This document shows, piece after piece, positions 24,315-37,100 of a DNA stretch of 64,000 bases (positions within the stretch are counted from its first letter, which is position 1; each line of letters begins with the position of its first letter). This DNA is from Paragordius varius. Its lineage: Eukaryota > Animalia > Nematomorpha. The stretch lies in NCBI GenBank assembly GCA_964247055.1, contig OZ176058.1, positions 62,001 to 126,000 of the forward strand, written 5' to 3'. The notes beneath the pieces were generated by a model. That model did no database searches and was not told the DNA's origin. It saw nothing but the letters and a program-made list of their open reading frames with translations. Both the position numbers and the translations under genes were made by a program.

Positions 24315-26800
24315 GTGAGTATTTACTTAATTAATCGAGGGATATTTAGTTTTTATCTAAAGTTTGATTTTTATTAATAGTTTATGCAGATATAATTGAC
24401 TTAAGTCCTTTTATAATATAAAATACTCTAGTTATTTGAAAATATAAAGAACAGTCGATATTGTAAGTATTAACTTGCTTACATATTACTCAAGGGATAT
24501 TTAGTTTTTGAATTTTAAAATTTGATTTTTTACAATAGTTTAAGGTTTTTAGCCTAGGTTGTTTAAAAATTATACATTACTTTAGTAATTTATCTAAAAA
24601 AGCATTTGATTGCTTACATATATTACTCAAGGGATATTTAGTTTTTGAGTTTTAAAGTTTGATTTTTTACAATAGTTTGCGTTTTTAGCCTAGGTTGTTT
24701 AAAAATTATACATTACGTTAGTAATTTATCTAAAGAAGCATTTACTTGTTTAAATATTACTCAAGGGATATTTTATTTTTGATTTTAAAATTTGATTTTT
24801 TATAATAGTTTTATGCAGATATTTTTAGCCTAGGTTGTTTATAAATTATACATTAGTTTAGTAATTTGAATATCTAAAGTATAAGCATTTACTTGCTTAC
24901 ATATTACTCAAGGGATATTAAAGTTTATTAATAGTTCTATGCAGATATTTTTGGCTTAAGTCCTTCCTTTAATTTTACAAAATACTCTAGTTATTTGAAA
25001 ATATAAAGAACAAGTCGGAAATATTGTAAACATTTACTTGCTTAGGGATATTTAGTTTTTAAATTTTAAAGTTTGATTTTTTACAATAGTTTAAGGTTTT
25101 TTGCCTAGGTTGTTTAAAAATTATATAAAATACTTTTGAAAATATAAAGATAAGCATTTACTTGCTTACATATTACTCAAGGGATATTTAAAGTTTGATT
25201 TTTTACAATAGTTGACGGTTTTTAGCTTAAGTCCCTTTAATTATATATAATACTTTAGTTATTTGAATATCTAAAGAACAAGTCGTAGATATTGTAAGCA
25301 TTTACTTAATTAATCGAGGGATATTTAGTTTTTGAATCTTAAAATTTGATTTTTTACAATAGTTTAAGGTTTTTAGCCTAGGTTGTTTAAAAATTATATA
25401 TAACTTTAGTTATTTGAATATCTAAAGAACAAGTCGGAGATTTTGTAAGCATTTACTTGCTTACATATTTCTCAAGGGATATTTAATTTTTGAATTTTAA
25501 AATTAGATTTTTATTAATAATTCTATGCAGATATTTTTGGCTTAAGTCCTTTAATTATATACAATAGTCTAGTTATTTCAAAATATAAAGAACAAGTCGG
25601 ATATATTGTAAGCATTTACTTGCTTACATATTACTCAAGGGATATTAAAGTTTATTAATAGTTCTATGCAGATATAAATGACTTAAGTCCTTTAGTTATA
25701 TATAATACTCTAGTAATTTGAAGATCTTTTTTTACCCTAACTGCAAAAGCAAGTGTAAATTGACCAAGCATGTTTTTTTCATATAATTCGTGAAGGATTT
25801 GATTTAAAAAGTTCAAGTTTTTGGCCTAAGTTGTTTTATACTACTTTATTAATTTAAACTCATTTTTACCTTTTTAACTGCAAAAGCAAATGTAAACCAA
25901 GGTTTATAGCCATTTAGCATGTTTCTTTTCATATAAATCGCGAAAAAATTTGATTTTTTACAATAGTTTAAGGTGTTTAGCCTAATTTGTTTAAAAATTA
26001 TATATTACTTAAGTAATTTGAATATGTAAAGAACAAGTCGGAGATATTATAAGCATTTACTTAATCGAATCGAGGGATTTGTTTTTTATCTAAAGTTTGA
26101 TTTTTTACAATAGTTTTATGCAGATATTTTTGACTTAAGTTGTTTTATATTACTTTATTAATTTAAACTCATTTTTACCTTATTAAATGTAAAAGCAAAT
26201 GTAAATTGACCAAGGTTTATAGCCATTTAGCATGTTTCTTTTCCTATAATTCGCGAAAAATTGGATTTTTAAAAAAGTTTGAGGTTTTTAGCCTAGATTG
26301 TTTAAAAATTATACATTACTTTAGTTATTTGAATATCTAATGAACAAGTCGGATATATTGTAAGTATTTACTTGCTTACATATTACTCACTCAAGGGATA
26401 TTTAGTTTTTGAATGATAAATTTTGATTTTTATTAATAGTTTTATGCAGATATTCTTGACTTAAGTTGTTTTATACTACTTTATTAATTTGAATATCTCC
26501 TTTATTACCTTTGTAACTGTAAAAGCAAGTGTAATTTTACCAAGGTTTTATAGCCATTTAGCATGTTTCTTTTCATATAATTCACGAAAAATTTAATTAT
26601 TTACAATAATAGTTTAAGGTTTTTGGTCTAAATTGTTTAAAAAATATACATTACGTTAGTAATTTGAAAATATAAAGATCAAGTCGGATATATTGTAAGC
26701 ATTTACTTGCTTACATATATTACTCAAGGGATATTTAGTTTTTTAATAATTCTATGCAGATATTTTTGACTTAAGTCCTTCCTTTAATTTTATAAAATAC
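24315..26800 (+). repeat. Complex tandem repeats echoing the exon-15 3' end and donor
   Basis: AAAGAACAAGTCGG.ATATT|GTAAG near 24440, 24997, 25270, 25420, 25580, 26027, 26337, 26668. Confidence 0.9.
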
Positions 26801-27029
26801 TCTAGTAATTCGAAGATCTTTTTTTACCGTAACTGCAAAAGCAAGTGTAAATTGACCAAGCATGTTTTTTTTCATATAATTCGTAAAGGATTTGATTTAA
26901 AAAGTTCATAGTTTTTGGCTTAAGTTGTTTTATATTACTTTATTAATTTGAATAACTCTTTTTTTACCTTTTTAACTGCAAAAGCAAGTGTAAATTGACC
27001 AAGATTTTATAGCCATTTATTAAAGCTCA

Positions 27030-28320
27030 TGGATAATTACTGAAATTAATTTATCAAATTATTTCTTTTTTTAAATATTTTTAACCAATACATAAACTTG
27101 TTAATTTTCACTAATTTACTGAAATTAATTTATCAAATCATTTCAATATATATTTTTTGAAACAGTTGAAATACTTTTTAAAATATAAATTGTTTTTTAC
27201 CAATCTTTTCGAAACTGCTATAGCAAAAAGTGTGAATTAAAGGTTTTATGGTCATTTATTAAAGCTAATGAATAAAATAATGTTTTCAATATATCAAATC
27301 ATACCATAAATTAATAACTTTATATTACTAGTTAAAGAAATAAATTTGTAAATTTTCATTAATTTACTAAAATTAATTTATATCATCTCTTTAAATAAAA
27401 TATTTTTAACCAATACATAAACTTGTAAATTTTCACTGATTTTCTGAAATTAATTTATCAAATTATTTCTTAAATAAAATATTTTTAACCAATTACCTGT
27501 GTTTTATTTTATCGTTCACTAGGAAATTTTTACTGATTTACTGAAATTAATTTATCAAATCAATTCGTAAAATAAAATATTTTTAACCAATGTATAAACT
27601 TGTAAAATTTCACTGATATACTAAAATTAATTTATCAAATCATATTCTAATAAAATTTATTTAACCTATATATAAACTTGCTTCTTAATGAAATTAATTT
27701 AGCAAATCATTTCTTTTCTTAAAATATTTTTACAAAAAACATAAACTTGTTAATTATTAGATTTTACTAAAATTAATTACAAATCATACCATAAATGTAT
27801 AATACAATGTATTTTATCCAAAATACCTTGTAAATTTTCACTGATTTACTAAAATTAATTTATCAAATCATTTCTCAAATAAAATATTTTTAACCAATAC
27901 AAACACTTGTAAATTTTCACTGATTTACTAAAATTAATTTATCAAATCATTTCTTAAATAAAATATTTTTAACCAATACATAAACCTGCTAATTTATTAG
28001 CATTTAATAAAATTAATTTATCAATTCATTTCAAATGTATAATACTTTTTATTTTTAACCAATACATAAACTTGCTAATTATCATTAATTTACTGAAATT
28101 TATTATTAAATTATTTCTTAAATAAAATATTTTTATTAACGCAAATCACCTAATATTTTTTTTATCGTTCTTCTGCTTTAGGAAACTTTGGCAGTAATTT
28201 ATTAAAACATCTCTTAAATAAAATATTTTTAACCAAAACATAAATTTGCTATATTAGAATTTACTAGCAAACTTTTTTTTAAATGTATAATAATTATCGA
28301 AAATTACTCGTAAATTTTCC
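27030..28320 (+). repeat. ~110-120-bp repeats upstream of exon 16, with duplicated acceptor copies
   Basis: TTTACTGAAATTAATTTATCAAAT...TTTTTAACCAATACATAAACTTG units; TTAG|GAAACTTTGGCAGT copy at 28182. Confidence 0.85.
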
Positions 28321-28326
28321 GTTTAG

Positions 28327-28557
28327 GAAACTTTGGCAGTTCAACACTTGGCAAAGAGTCGAAGATTCCAGAAAGAACTCGAAGATCAAGAAGCCCGGGC
28401 AGAAATGGCCGAAAATAATTTGGTGAGATTGCGCGCTAAAAACCGCGGTGGAGTTTTCGTGGGACCTGCGCCTGCCCCTATCGTTACTGCTCAGTTGGTT
28501 CCTCAGGCAGCTATCCCTTACGTTCGCGTGAGTAACAGTCAATCACCTTACCCTTAA
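28327..28557 (+). CDS. Prm: Paramyosin exon 16 (ETLAVQHL...PYVRVSNSQSPYP*), terminal in the short isoform; internal donor at 28528
   Basis: TTTAG|GAA; TAA 28555-28557; contains phase-0 CGC|GTGAGT. Confidence 0.92.
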   Translation, partial: ETLAVQHLAKSRRFQKELEDQEARAEMAENNLVRLRAKNRGGVFVGPAPAPIVTAQLVPQAAIPYVRVSNSQSPYP

Positions 28558-29075
28558 GAAATTTTCAACTAAAACCCACTTTTCAAAACTAAAAAACTCT
28601 CGATAACTCACCCCTGACCGTTTTTTTTCCTTTATATCACCCCCTCACTTGTAATTCTTTAAGAGGTGGTCCTAAACTTTTCTTAAACGAAATTATAAAC
28701 CAAGTTTTTGCAATTAATCAATCACCTTACCCTTAAACTCTAAAAAATTTACTGAAAATCTTAAAAATCACTTTTCAAAACTAGAAAAAAATCAAATTTT
28801 CAAGCAACTATTATAAATAACAACTGTACACCCTTTTTCCAATGAGGTTAACATATACACAAATTTAGACTACCTTATTTTAAACCGTCTTTTTCCCTCT
28901 CCCTTCTTTTAAACGGCTTTCACAACTAAAAATCAAACTACTTTTTAACTAAAAAACTCTCGATAACTCTCCCCCCCTGACCGTTTCTTTTCTTTATATC
29001 ACTCCCTTACTTATAATTCTTTAAAGAGGTCCTACTTAAACGAGATTTTAAACCAAGTTTTTGCAGTTAACATAA
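28541..29075 (+). repeat. Duplicated blocks in the short-isoform 3' UTR, including a second CAATCACCTTACCCTTAA stop motif
   Basis: 28590-28720 resembles 28945-29070; stop-region echo at ~28720-28737. Confidence 0.75.
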
Positions 29076-31256
29076 TCCACCCATCTATCCAACCATCTAT
29101 TTATCTTATATATATAAATTTGTGTATTTCTTTTTATGTTTTACCAATTTTTGGCTGCAAAGCTTATATTTTGTAATATGCGGCAATAATTAAAGTTTTT
29201 CTAATCAAAAATCCATTTTTGTATATTTAACTCTGCTTTTACTATTTTTTGTCTTACATTTTCTTATTATGATATGATATGTGCACATAAAATAACCCAA
29301 CCAACATTTGTAAAAATATTAATATTGATTGTATTTATCAATCTACCATAATTAATAATCAATTATGCATCCATTTTGAAGTGCAATATAACAAAATCTT
29401 ATTAACATTCACAGATTGTTGTATAATAAACAACCAAACTCTTGAATAATTTTTAAAGTTTGCCATAATTTAGATATATAAATCGGTGCGAATTGGCTTT
29501 TATTTTTAATTTTTCGTAAATTTTTTTTATATATCAGAGCTAGTTTAGGTAAGGTAGAGAGTAAACTTTATACGAAACAATTTGATATATCTAATACTTT
29601 TTTTACATACAATAATTACGAGCATTGAATCAATCATATATGTATAATTTCACCTTTTTTTTTCTCATTTAAAAAAGCGTTTTTTTTGTTTTACCAACAA
29701 GAAGATATTTTTTGCCTAATATCATTTCTATTTAACTGTACATTTTATTATATATTTCCTTATATGAGATACATTTATTTTTATATATGATTTTCCACAA
29801 CATTATTTTTACCCCAACATCTAAAAAATACATAAAATATCTCACAATTATGTGCAAATGATTGAAAATAAATACGGATTTTGATCAAATATAGCTTTTT
29901 CCTATTATATTTTTTATCCATAAAAAAAATTTAAATAGAAAAGCTTTTTAAAACTGGAATTATAAACTACATCATATCATAAAATCAGACAAATTTAACC
30001 ACCATATATTATCTGACCATATATACATTTTTTATCACGAACTGTATATAGAGTAAAAATTAAAATTATACGGACTAAATGTAAAAAATATAAAGAATTT
30101 TAAAAGACAACCATACTATTTTAATCTTATTGTTTTGAACTATATTTTAAAATAGAAATGTAAATTGGTAACACAATCAATTATGTAGTTTACGATTGTT
30201 AAATATTTCATATAAGTTTAAAAAAGTATGGTGTTTTATGAAAAAAAATATTTCTTTATATTTCTACGTTTTGTCCGTATAACTCAGTTTTTAATAATAT
30301 TATATTGAGACCTAGAAAAAATTGAAAACATACAGACGAATTGGTTAAACATTTAAATTTTTTGATAATCATAAATTATATTCAAAAATATTAAAGTTGA
30401 AAAAAAGATATCTAACTTAACAAAAAAGCATTTGAGTTTTAGTTATCACGTTTGTGTATTATATCAATTTTTATTGAAGTAAATAATGGATAATTAAAAA
30501 TTTATTATCGTTTTAAATTTAAAAGTTTTGACAGGTCAACATCCATTAAAGGAGTAGTTTTTAAGGCACATATATCGAAATTCTATCCTTTTTACATAGA
30601 TTAATCCCAAATATAGAAATTCTATCCTTTTTATATAGATTAATCCCAAAACTGCATGTTTTATATATAAAGAGTAATGCATGCTTATATTTTTTGGCTG
30701 GCTGAAAAAAAACGCTTTTTATTTAGAAATATTTTCTCGAAAACAAATATATTCCACATTTCAAATTACGTTAATTTCAATCCTCAACACATATCACCCC
30801 TTGCCTTTTCACATTCTAACCACTTAACAAAAAAATATTGCATTTTTAATTCCTTAAGTTTAACATTTCCTAAGATAATGGCTATTAATATTACAGTAAA
30901 AATTGAAATTATACGGACAAAAACGTAAAAACATAAAAACACATGTTTTTTTTAAAAAGCCTACCATAGTTAAATCCAAATTAATCCTGGTAAAATGCTT
31001 AGTAATATAAGCCTAAAATATATAATTTATTATGTTACCAATATAAATGACTTTGGAAATAAAAAACAATGAGTTAAATTTAAATCCATCAAGATTTAAA
31101 AACTATGGTTGTTTTTTGGAAAAATAGACTAAAAACTGGAAATATACAGACAAAAGGTAAAAATACAAAGATAAATATTTTTTTCTAAATGATAACCATA
31201 CTTTTTTAAACTCCATTTTTTAAAATATAACTAACTCATTGTTTTAAACTGCAAAA

Positions 31257-31299
<43 letters not shown>

Positions 31300-33285
31300 T
31301 AAAACAATCAGTTTATATATTTTACAATTGTAATAAAATATAGCTTATATTAAAAATTAAGGTTTAAAAAAGTATGGTTGGTTGTCTTTTGGAAAAATAT
31401 TTGTCTATATATTTGAACGTTTTGTCCGTATAATTTATTTTTTACAGTAAAAAACAATAATACAACTACTTGATAATTGTGCTATCCTATTCATAATTTC
31501 CAATTCGGGCCAAATAAACCAAATTATTGGTAGTTTATTTCAAATTTTCATTAAAAAAACCAATGAGTCAAATTTAAGTCTTAAATAAAAAATAATATAC
31601 TTGAAATAAATAAAAAAATAAAAACATTCGAAAAATATCAATCATATCAACAGCAAAAGTTGAAAATCGAAATTAAACTTTTGTTATAGATATTACAGTA
31701 AAAACTAAAATTATACGGAGAAAACGTAAAAAGACAAATATTTTTTTCAAAACCACCATATAAAAACTTAACAATCGTAAATACACAATTTATTGTGTTA
31801 CTAATTGACTATATTATAGTTTTTAGTTATAATCAATGAGTTATCTTTAAAAACAAGATTAAAAAAGTATAGTAGTCTTTTTAAAAAAATATTTTAATGT
31901 CCGAGTAATTTGACTGTAATTAATTGGGTATATAAATACTCCTGAATTTTTATAATAAGCGACATAGAGTAAAAATATTTAAAGGTATATATATACAACC
32001 ATTCAAAGCTCAAATTCATCTTTGAACACTTCCACCATATAATATTTAAATTCACCCTTTTAAAAAGGAGTGTTTTAGGATCTATCTAACTTATTATTTA
32101 TATCAAAAATATCTTAATGTCATAGTTTATCATTTCTTTTGTTTTAGGATGTATAAATTTCCATTTTATTTTTGTTACAGTAAAAATTAAAATTAGGACA
32201 AAAAGTAAAAATATAAAGACAAATATTTTTTAAAAGACAACCATAGTTTTCCAACCCTAATTTATTCCTAGTAAAATACTTAATAACAAGCCTAAAATAT
32301 AAGGGATTATGTTACCAATATACATCTCTATTTTTATACTTTGGAATTTAAAACAATGAGAAATTATTCAAGGTGTAAAAAGTATGGTCTATTAGAAAAT
32401 AATATTTGTCTTTATATTTTTATGTTTTGTCCATATATTTGATTTTTTAAAAACACCAATAATTAGGGTGAATTTAAAACGAAGGTAAATTTTAATGTTT
32501 AAGAGTGAATTCGTAATGTTTGAGAGTTTTGAGTTAAATGGTATGTTTTATAAGGTATATATATTTTGAATATGGAGGGTTTTTTCATACTCTTGTGTTC
32601 AACATACCTAATAGTGGCCATTTAGATATTTAATCATAAAATATAGCTGATTAACAAATATACATTATAATAATTAATATTATATAGGCAAAAAACAGAT
32701 TTTTTTAAATATTTTCATTGTATAAAAATATTGTTTATGGTTGCGTATACATAAAATGAAGTTTTATAGCAAATTTTTTATATAGTATAATTTAAATTAT
32801 ACGGAAGGATAAAAGTAAATATATAAAGACATATATTTTCATAAAGACAACCCCATACTTTTTAAAACCTTAATTTTTCTCATTTTAGCTATTTTGTTAC
32901 AATCCCAAATTACATAATTTTTATCTTTTACTTTGTAGTTTATAACAATCAGTTACATTTAAAGAATCAAGATTTAAAAAAATAGTTGTCTTTTAGAAAA
33001 AAAATTTTGTCCTTTTATTTTTACGCTTTAACGGTATAATTGTGGTTTTTACTGTATTATATTTTCTTAAAAAACTTATTTAAGACCGAACTCTTTTTAT
33101 TAAAATTTACCTTCAAATGTTAGTACCAAAAAAAATTTGATTTAAACATTATTTTTAAAAACAGTCATTTTCAAACCATGATTTATTATATATTATTTGT
33201 GATAAATTTATATATATTTGTGTTTAACATTTAATTATTATTTTTACTTTAAACAAGTTATATTTCAAAATGTCCTTGAATAATA

Positions 33286-33547
33286 CAGTAGAAGCTGAAA
33301 TTATACGGACAAAACTTATATAAAGACAATAATTTTTTTCTAAAAGACAACAATTTTTTAAAAAATTTTGACATATAAAATATTTAATTACCATCGTATA
33401 ATACATAATTGATTAATTTCTATATTATATTTGTAGGTTAAAACAATCAGTTAAAAAAATCAAGATTACAAAAGGTATAGTTGTCTTTTAGAAAAAAATA
33501 TTTGTATGTATATTTTTACGTTTTGTCCTTCATATAATTATTTACTG
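33286..33547. mobile_element. MITE-A copy in a dense MITE cluster (30050-33870)
   Basis: TIRs present; further copies at about 30050, 30893, 31130, 31696, 32178, 32795, 33647. Confidence 0.8.
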
Positions 33548-33969
33548 CATTATTTGTGATAAGTTGATATATAATTGAATAATACTTTAAATTTCAAATT
33601 AAACATTATTTCAAAAAGTACTTAAATAATACTTTAAATTTTAATTTACAGTAAAAATTGAAATTATACGGACAAAATAAATGATACTATTTCAAACCTT
33701 AATTTGTCCTATTAAAAACAAATACATAAATTGCTTCATTTTACACCTTTATTTCCTACTTTATAGTTAAAAACAATGGTTATATTGATATAAATCTAGA
33801 TTTATTGAGTATGGGGTTGTCTTTTAGAAAAACATATTTGTCTTTATAGTTATGTCCGTATTTCAATTTTTAATTTACTTTAAATTTCAATGAAATATAT
33901 TTCAAAAATACTTAAATAACACTTTAAACTTTCAATTTTTATTGTACTATCCCTTTTTATATATATTAG

Positions 33970-34167
33970 GATTACTATAATTTTGAAGAGTCTGTAATAA
34001 ACAGACGTCGTAGAGGAAGTATTATTGAAGGTGGTTCATCTGGAATTCAATATCAAACTGTTCACCAACATAGCTATAATCAACCGAGAATTTCTGGACA
34101 TTATGTTTCGGCTGTTTTACCTCAACCGCAAAACTCTTCTAGAAGATATTCAATCATTTCTTTTTAA
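33970..34167 (+). CDS. Prm: Probable alternative terminal exon 17 of paramyosin (DYYNFEESVINRRRRGSIIEGGSSGIQYQTVHQHSYNQPRISGHYVSAVLPQPQNSSRRYSIISF*)
   Basis: TTTTTATATATATTAG acceptor, phase 0 matching the GTGAGT donor at 28528; 65 open codons; variation among downstream copies is mostly silent in this frame. Not in the ORF track because it lacks a start codon. Confidence 0.72.
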   Translation, partial: DYYNFEESVINRRRRGSIIEGGSSGIQYQTVHQHSYNQPRISGHYVSAVLPQPQNSSRRYSIISF

Positions 34168-37100
34168 ACTCATTTTACTTTTTTTACATTTCAAAATGGA
34201 TAATAGTTAAAACATTTGCTTTTTTTATATAATTTGTTTATATTTTGGCTTAAATATATGGATATCGTAACAAATTTTATATTCAATATCAAACTGTTCA
34301 CCAACATAGCTATAATCAGCCAAGAATTACTGGCCATTATGTTTCGGCTGTTTTACCTCAACCACAAAACTCTTCTAGAAGATATTCAATCATTTCTTTT
34401 TAAACTGATTACTTTTTTTTTATTCCAAAATGGATTATAATAGTTAAAACATTTGCTTTTTTTATATAATGTTCATATTTTGGCTTAAATATATGGATAT
34501 CGTAACAAATTTTATATTCAATATCAAACTGTTCACCAACATAGCTATAATCAACCAAGGATTTCTAGACATTATGTTTCGGCTGTTTTACCTCAACCGC
34601 AAAACTCTTCTAGAAGATATTCAATCATTTCTTTTTAAACTCATTTTACTTTTTTTACATTTCAAAATGGATAATAGTTAAAACATTTGCTTTTTTTATA
34701 TAATTTGTTTATATTTTGGCTTAAATATATGGATATCGTAACAAATTTTATATTCAATATCAAACTGTTCACCAACATAGCTATAATCAACCGAGAATTT
34801 CTGGACATTATGTTTCGGCTGTTTTACCTCAACCGCAAAACTCTTCTAGAAGATATTCAATCATTTCTTTTTAAACTCATTTTACTTTTTTTACATTTCA
34901 AAATGGATAATAGTTAAAACATTTGCTTTTTTTATATAATTTGTTTATATTTTGGCTTAAATATATGGATATCGTAACAAATTTTATATTCAATATCAAA
35001 CTGTTCACCAACATAGCTATAATCAGCCAAGAATTACTGGCCATTATGTTTCGGCTGTTTTACCTCAACCACAAAACTCTTCTAGAAGATATTCAATCAT
35101 TTCTTTTTAAACTGATTACTTTTTTTTTATTCCAAAATGGATTATAATAGTTAAAACATTTGCTTTTTTTATATAATGTTCATATTTTGGCTTAAATATA
35201 TGGATATCGTAACAAATTTTATATTCAATATCAAACTGTTCACCAACATAGCTATAATCAACCAAGGATTTCTAGACATTATGTTTCGGCTGTTTTACCT
35301 CAACCGCAAAACTCTTCTAGAAGATATTCAATCATTTCTTTCTAAACTGATTACTTTTTTTTATTTCAAAATGGATTATAATAGTTAAAACATTTGCTTT
35401 TTTTGATTAATTTGTTTAATTTTGGCTTATATGGATATCGTAACAAATTTTATATTCAATATCAAACTGTTCACCAACATAGCTATAATCAACCAAGAAT
35501 TTCTGGACATTATGTTTCGGCTGTTTTACCTCAACCGCAAAACTCTTGTTCTCATAGAAGATATTCAATCATTTCTTTTTAAACTGATTACATTTTTAAT
35601 TTCAAAATGGATTATAATAGTTTAAACTTCAAAATTTGCTTTTTTCAAATAATTTGTTTATATTTTGGGTTAAATATATGGATATCGTAACAAATTTTAT
35701 ATTCAATATCAAACTGTTCACCATAGCTATAATCAACCGAGAATTTCTGGACATTATGTTTCGGCTGTTTTACCTCAACCGCAAAACTCTTCTAGAAGAT
35801 ATTCAATTATTTCTTTCTAATCAGATATTCTTTTTATTTCAAAATGGATTATAATAGTTAAAACATTTGCTTTTTTTAATCAATTTGTTTATATTTTGGC
35901 TTAAATATATGGATATCGTAACAAATTTTATATTCAATATCAAACTGTTCACCAACATAGCTATAATCAACCAAGAATTTCTGGACATTATGTTTCGGCT
36001 ATTTTACCTCAACCGCAAAACTCTTCTTCTCACAGAAGATATTCAATCATTTCTTTTTAAACTGATTACATTTTTAATTTCAAAATGGATTATAATAGTT
36101 TAAACTTCAAAATTTGCTTTTTTCAAATAATTTGTTTATATTTTGGGTTAAATATATGGATATCGTAACAAATTTTATATTCAATATCAAACTGTTCACC
36201 ATAGCTATAATCAACCGAGAATTTCTGGACATTATGTTTCGGCTGTTTTACCTCAACCGCAAAACTCTTCTAGAAGATATTCAATTATTTCTTTCTAATC
36301 AGATATTCTTTTTATTTCAAAATGGATTATAATAGTTAAAACATTTGCTTTTTTTAATCAATTTGTTTATATTTTGGCTTAAATATATGGATATCGTAAC
36401 AAATTTTATATTCAATATCAAACTGTTCACCAACATAGCTATAATCAACCAAGAATTTCTGGCCATTATGTTTCGGCTGTTTTACCTCAACCTCAAAACT
36501 CTTCTAGAAGATATTCAATCATTTCTTTTTAAACACATTATACTTTTTTATTTCAAAATGGATAATAGTTTAAACTTCAACATTTTGGCTTTTTTAATTA
36601 ATTTGTGTATATTTTGGCTTAAATATATGGATATCGTAACAAATTTTATATTCAATATCAAACTGTTCACCAACATAGCTATAATCAACCAAGAATTTCT
36701 GGCCATTATGTTTCGGCTGTTTTACCTCAACCTCAAAACTCTTCTAGAAGATATTCAATCATTTCTTTTTAAACACATTATACTTTTTTATTTCAAAATG
36801 GATAATAGTTTAAACTTCAACATTTTGGCTTTTTTAATTAATTTGTGTATATTTTGGCTTAAATATATGGATATCGTAACAAATTTTATATTCAATATCA
36901 AACTGTTCACCAACATAGCTATAATCAACCAAGAATTTCTGGACATTATGTTTCGGCTATTTTACCTCAACCGCAAAACTCTTCTTCTCACAGAAGATAT
37001 TCAATCATTTCTTTTTAAACTGATTACATTTTTAATTTCAAAATGGATTATAATAGTTTAAACTTCAAAATTTGCTTTTTTCAAATAATTTGTTTATATT

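Larger units (their letters stand above)
785..28557 (+). other. Prm: Paramyosin gene, whole CDS span of the short-tail isoform (16 coding exons, 2652 nt, 883 aa)
   Basis: Exons join with GT-AG sites and continuous phase into a coiled-coil protein with paramyosin hallmarks: SRLQDKIRLLEEDLDAERELR, RKRDQEIAKLRKLL, LEKAKTRLQSE, ERRLQEKEDELE, LRKKDRRVKE, ELEDQEARAEMAE. No motor domain, and length is typical of paramyosin (comparison with C. elegans UNC-15 and Drosophila Prm from memory). Confidence 0.95.

Noticed and set aside
785-28557. Myosin heavy chain rod rather than paramyosin
   Set aside because: It has its own ATG with a short non-helical head, no motor domain, 883 aa and paramyosin-specific N-terminal motifs.
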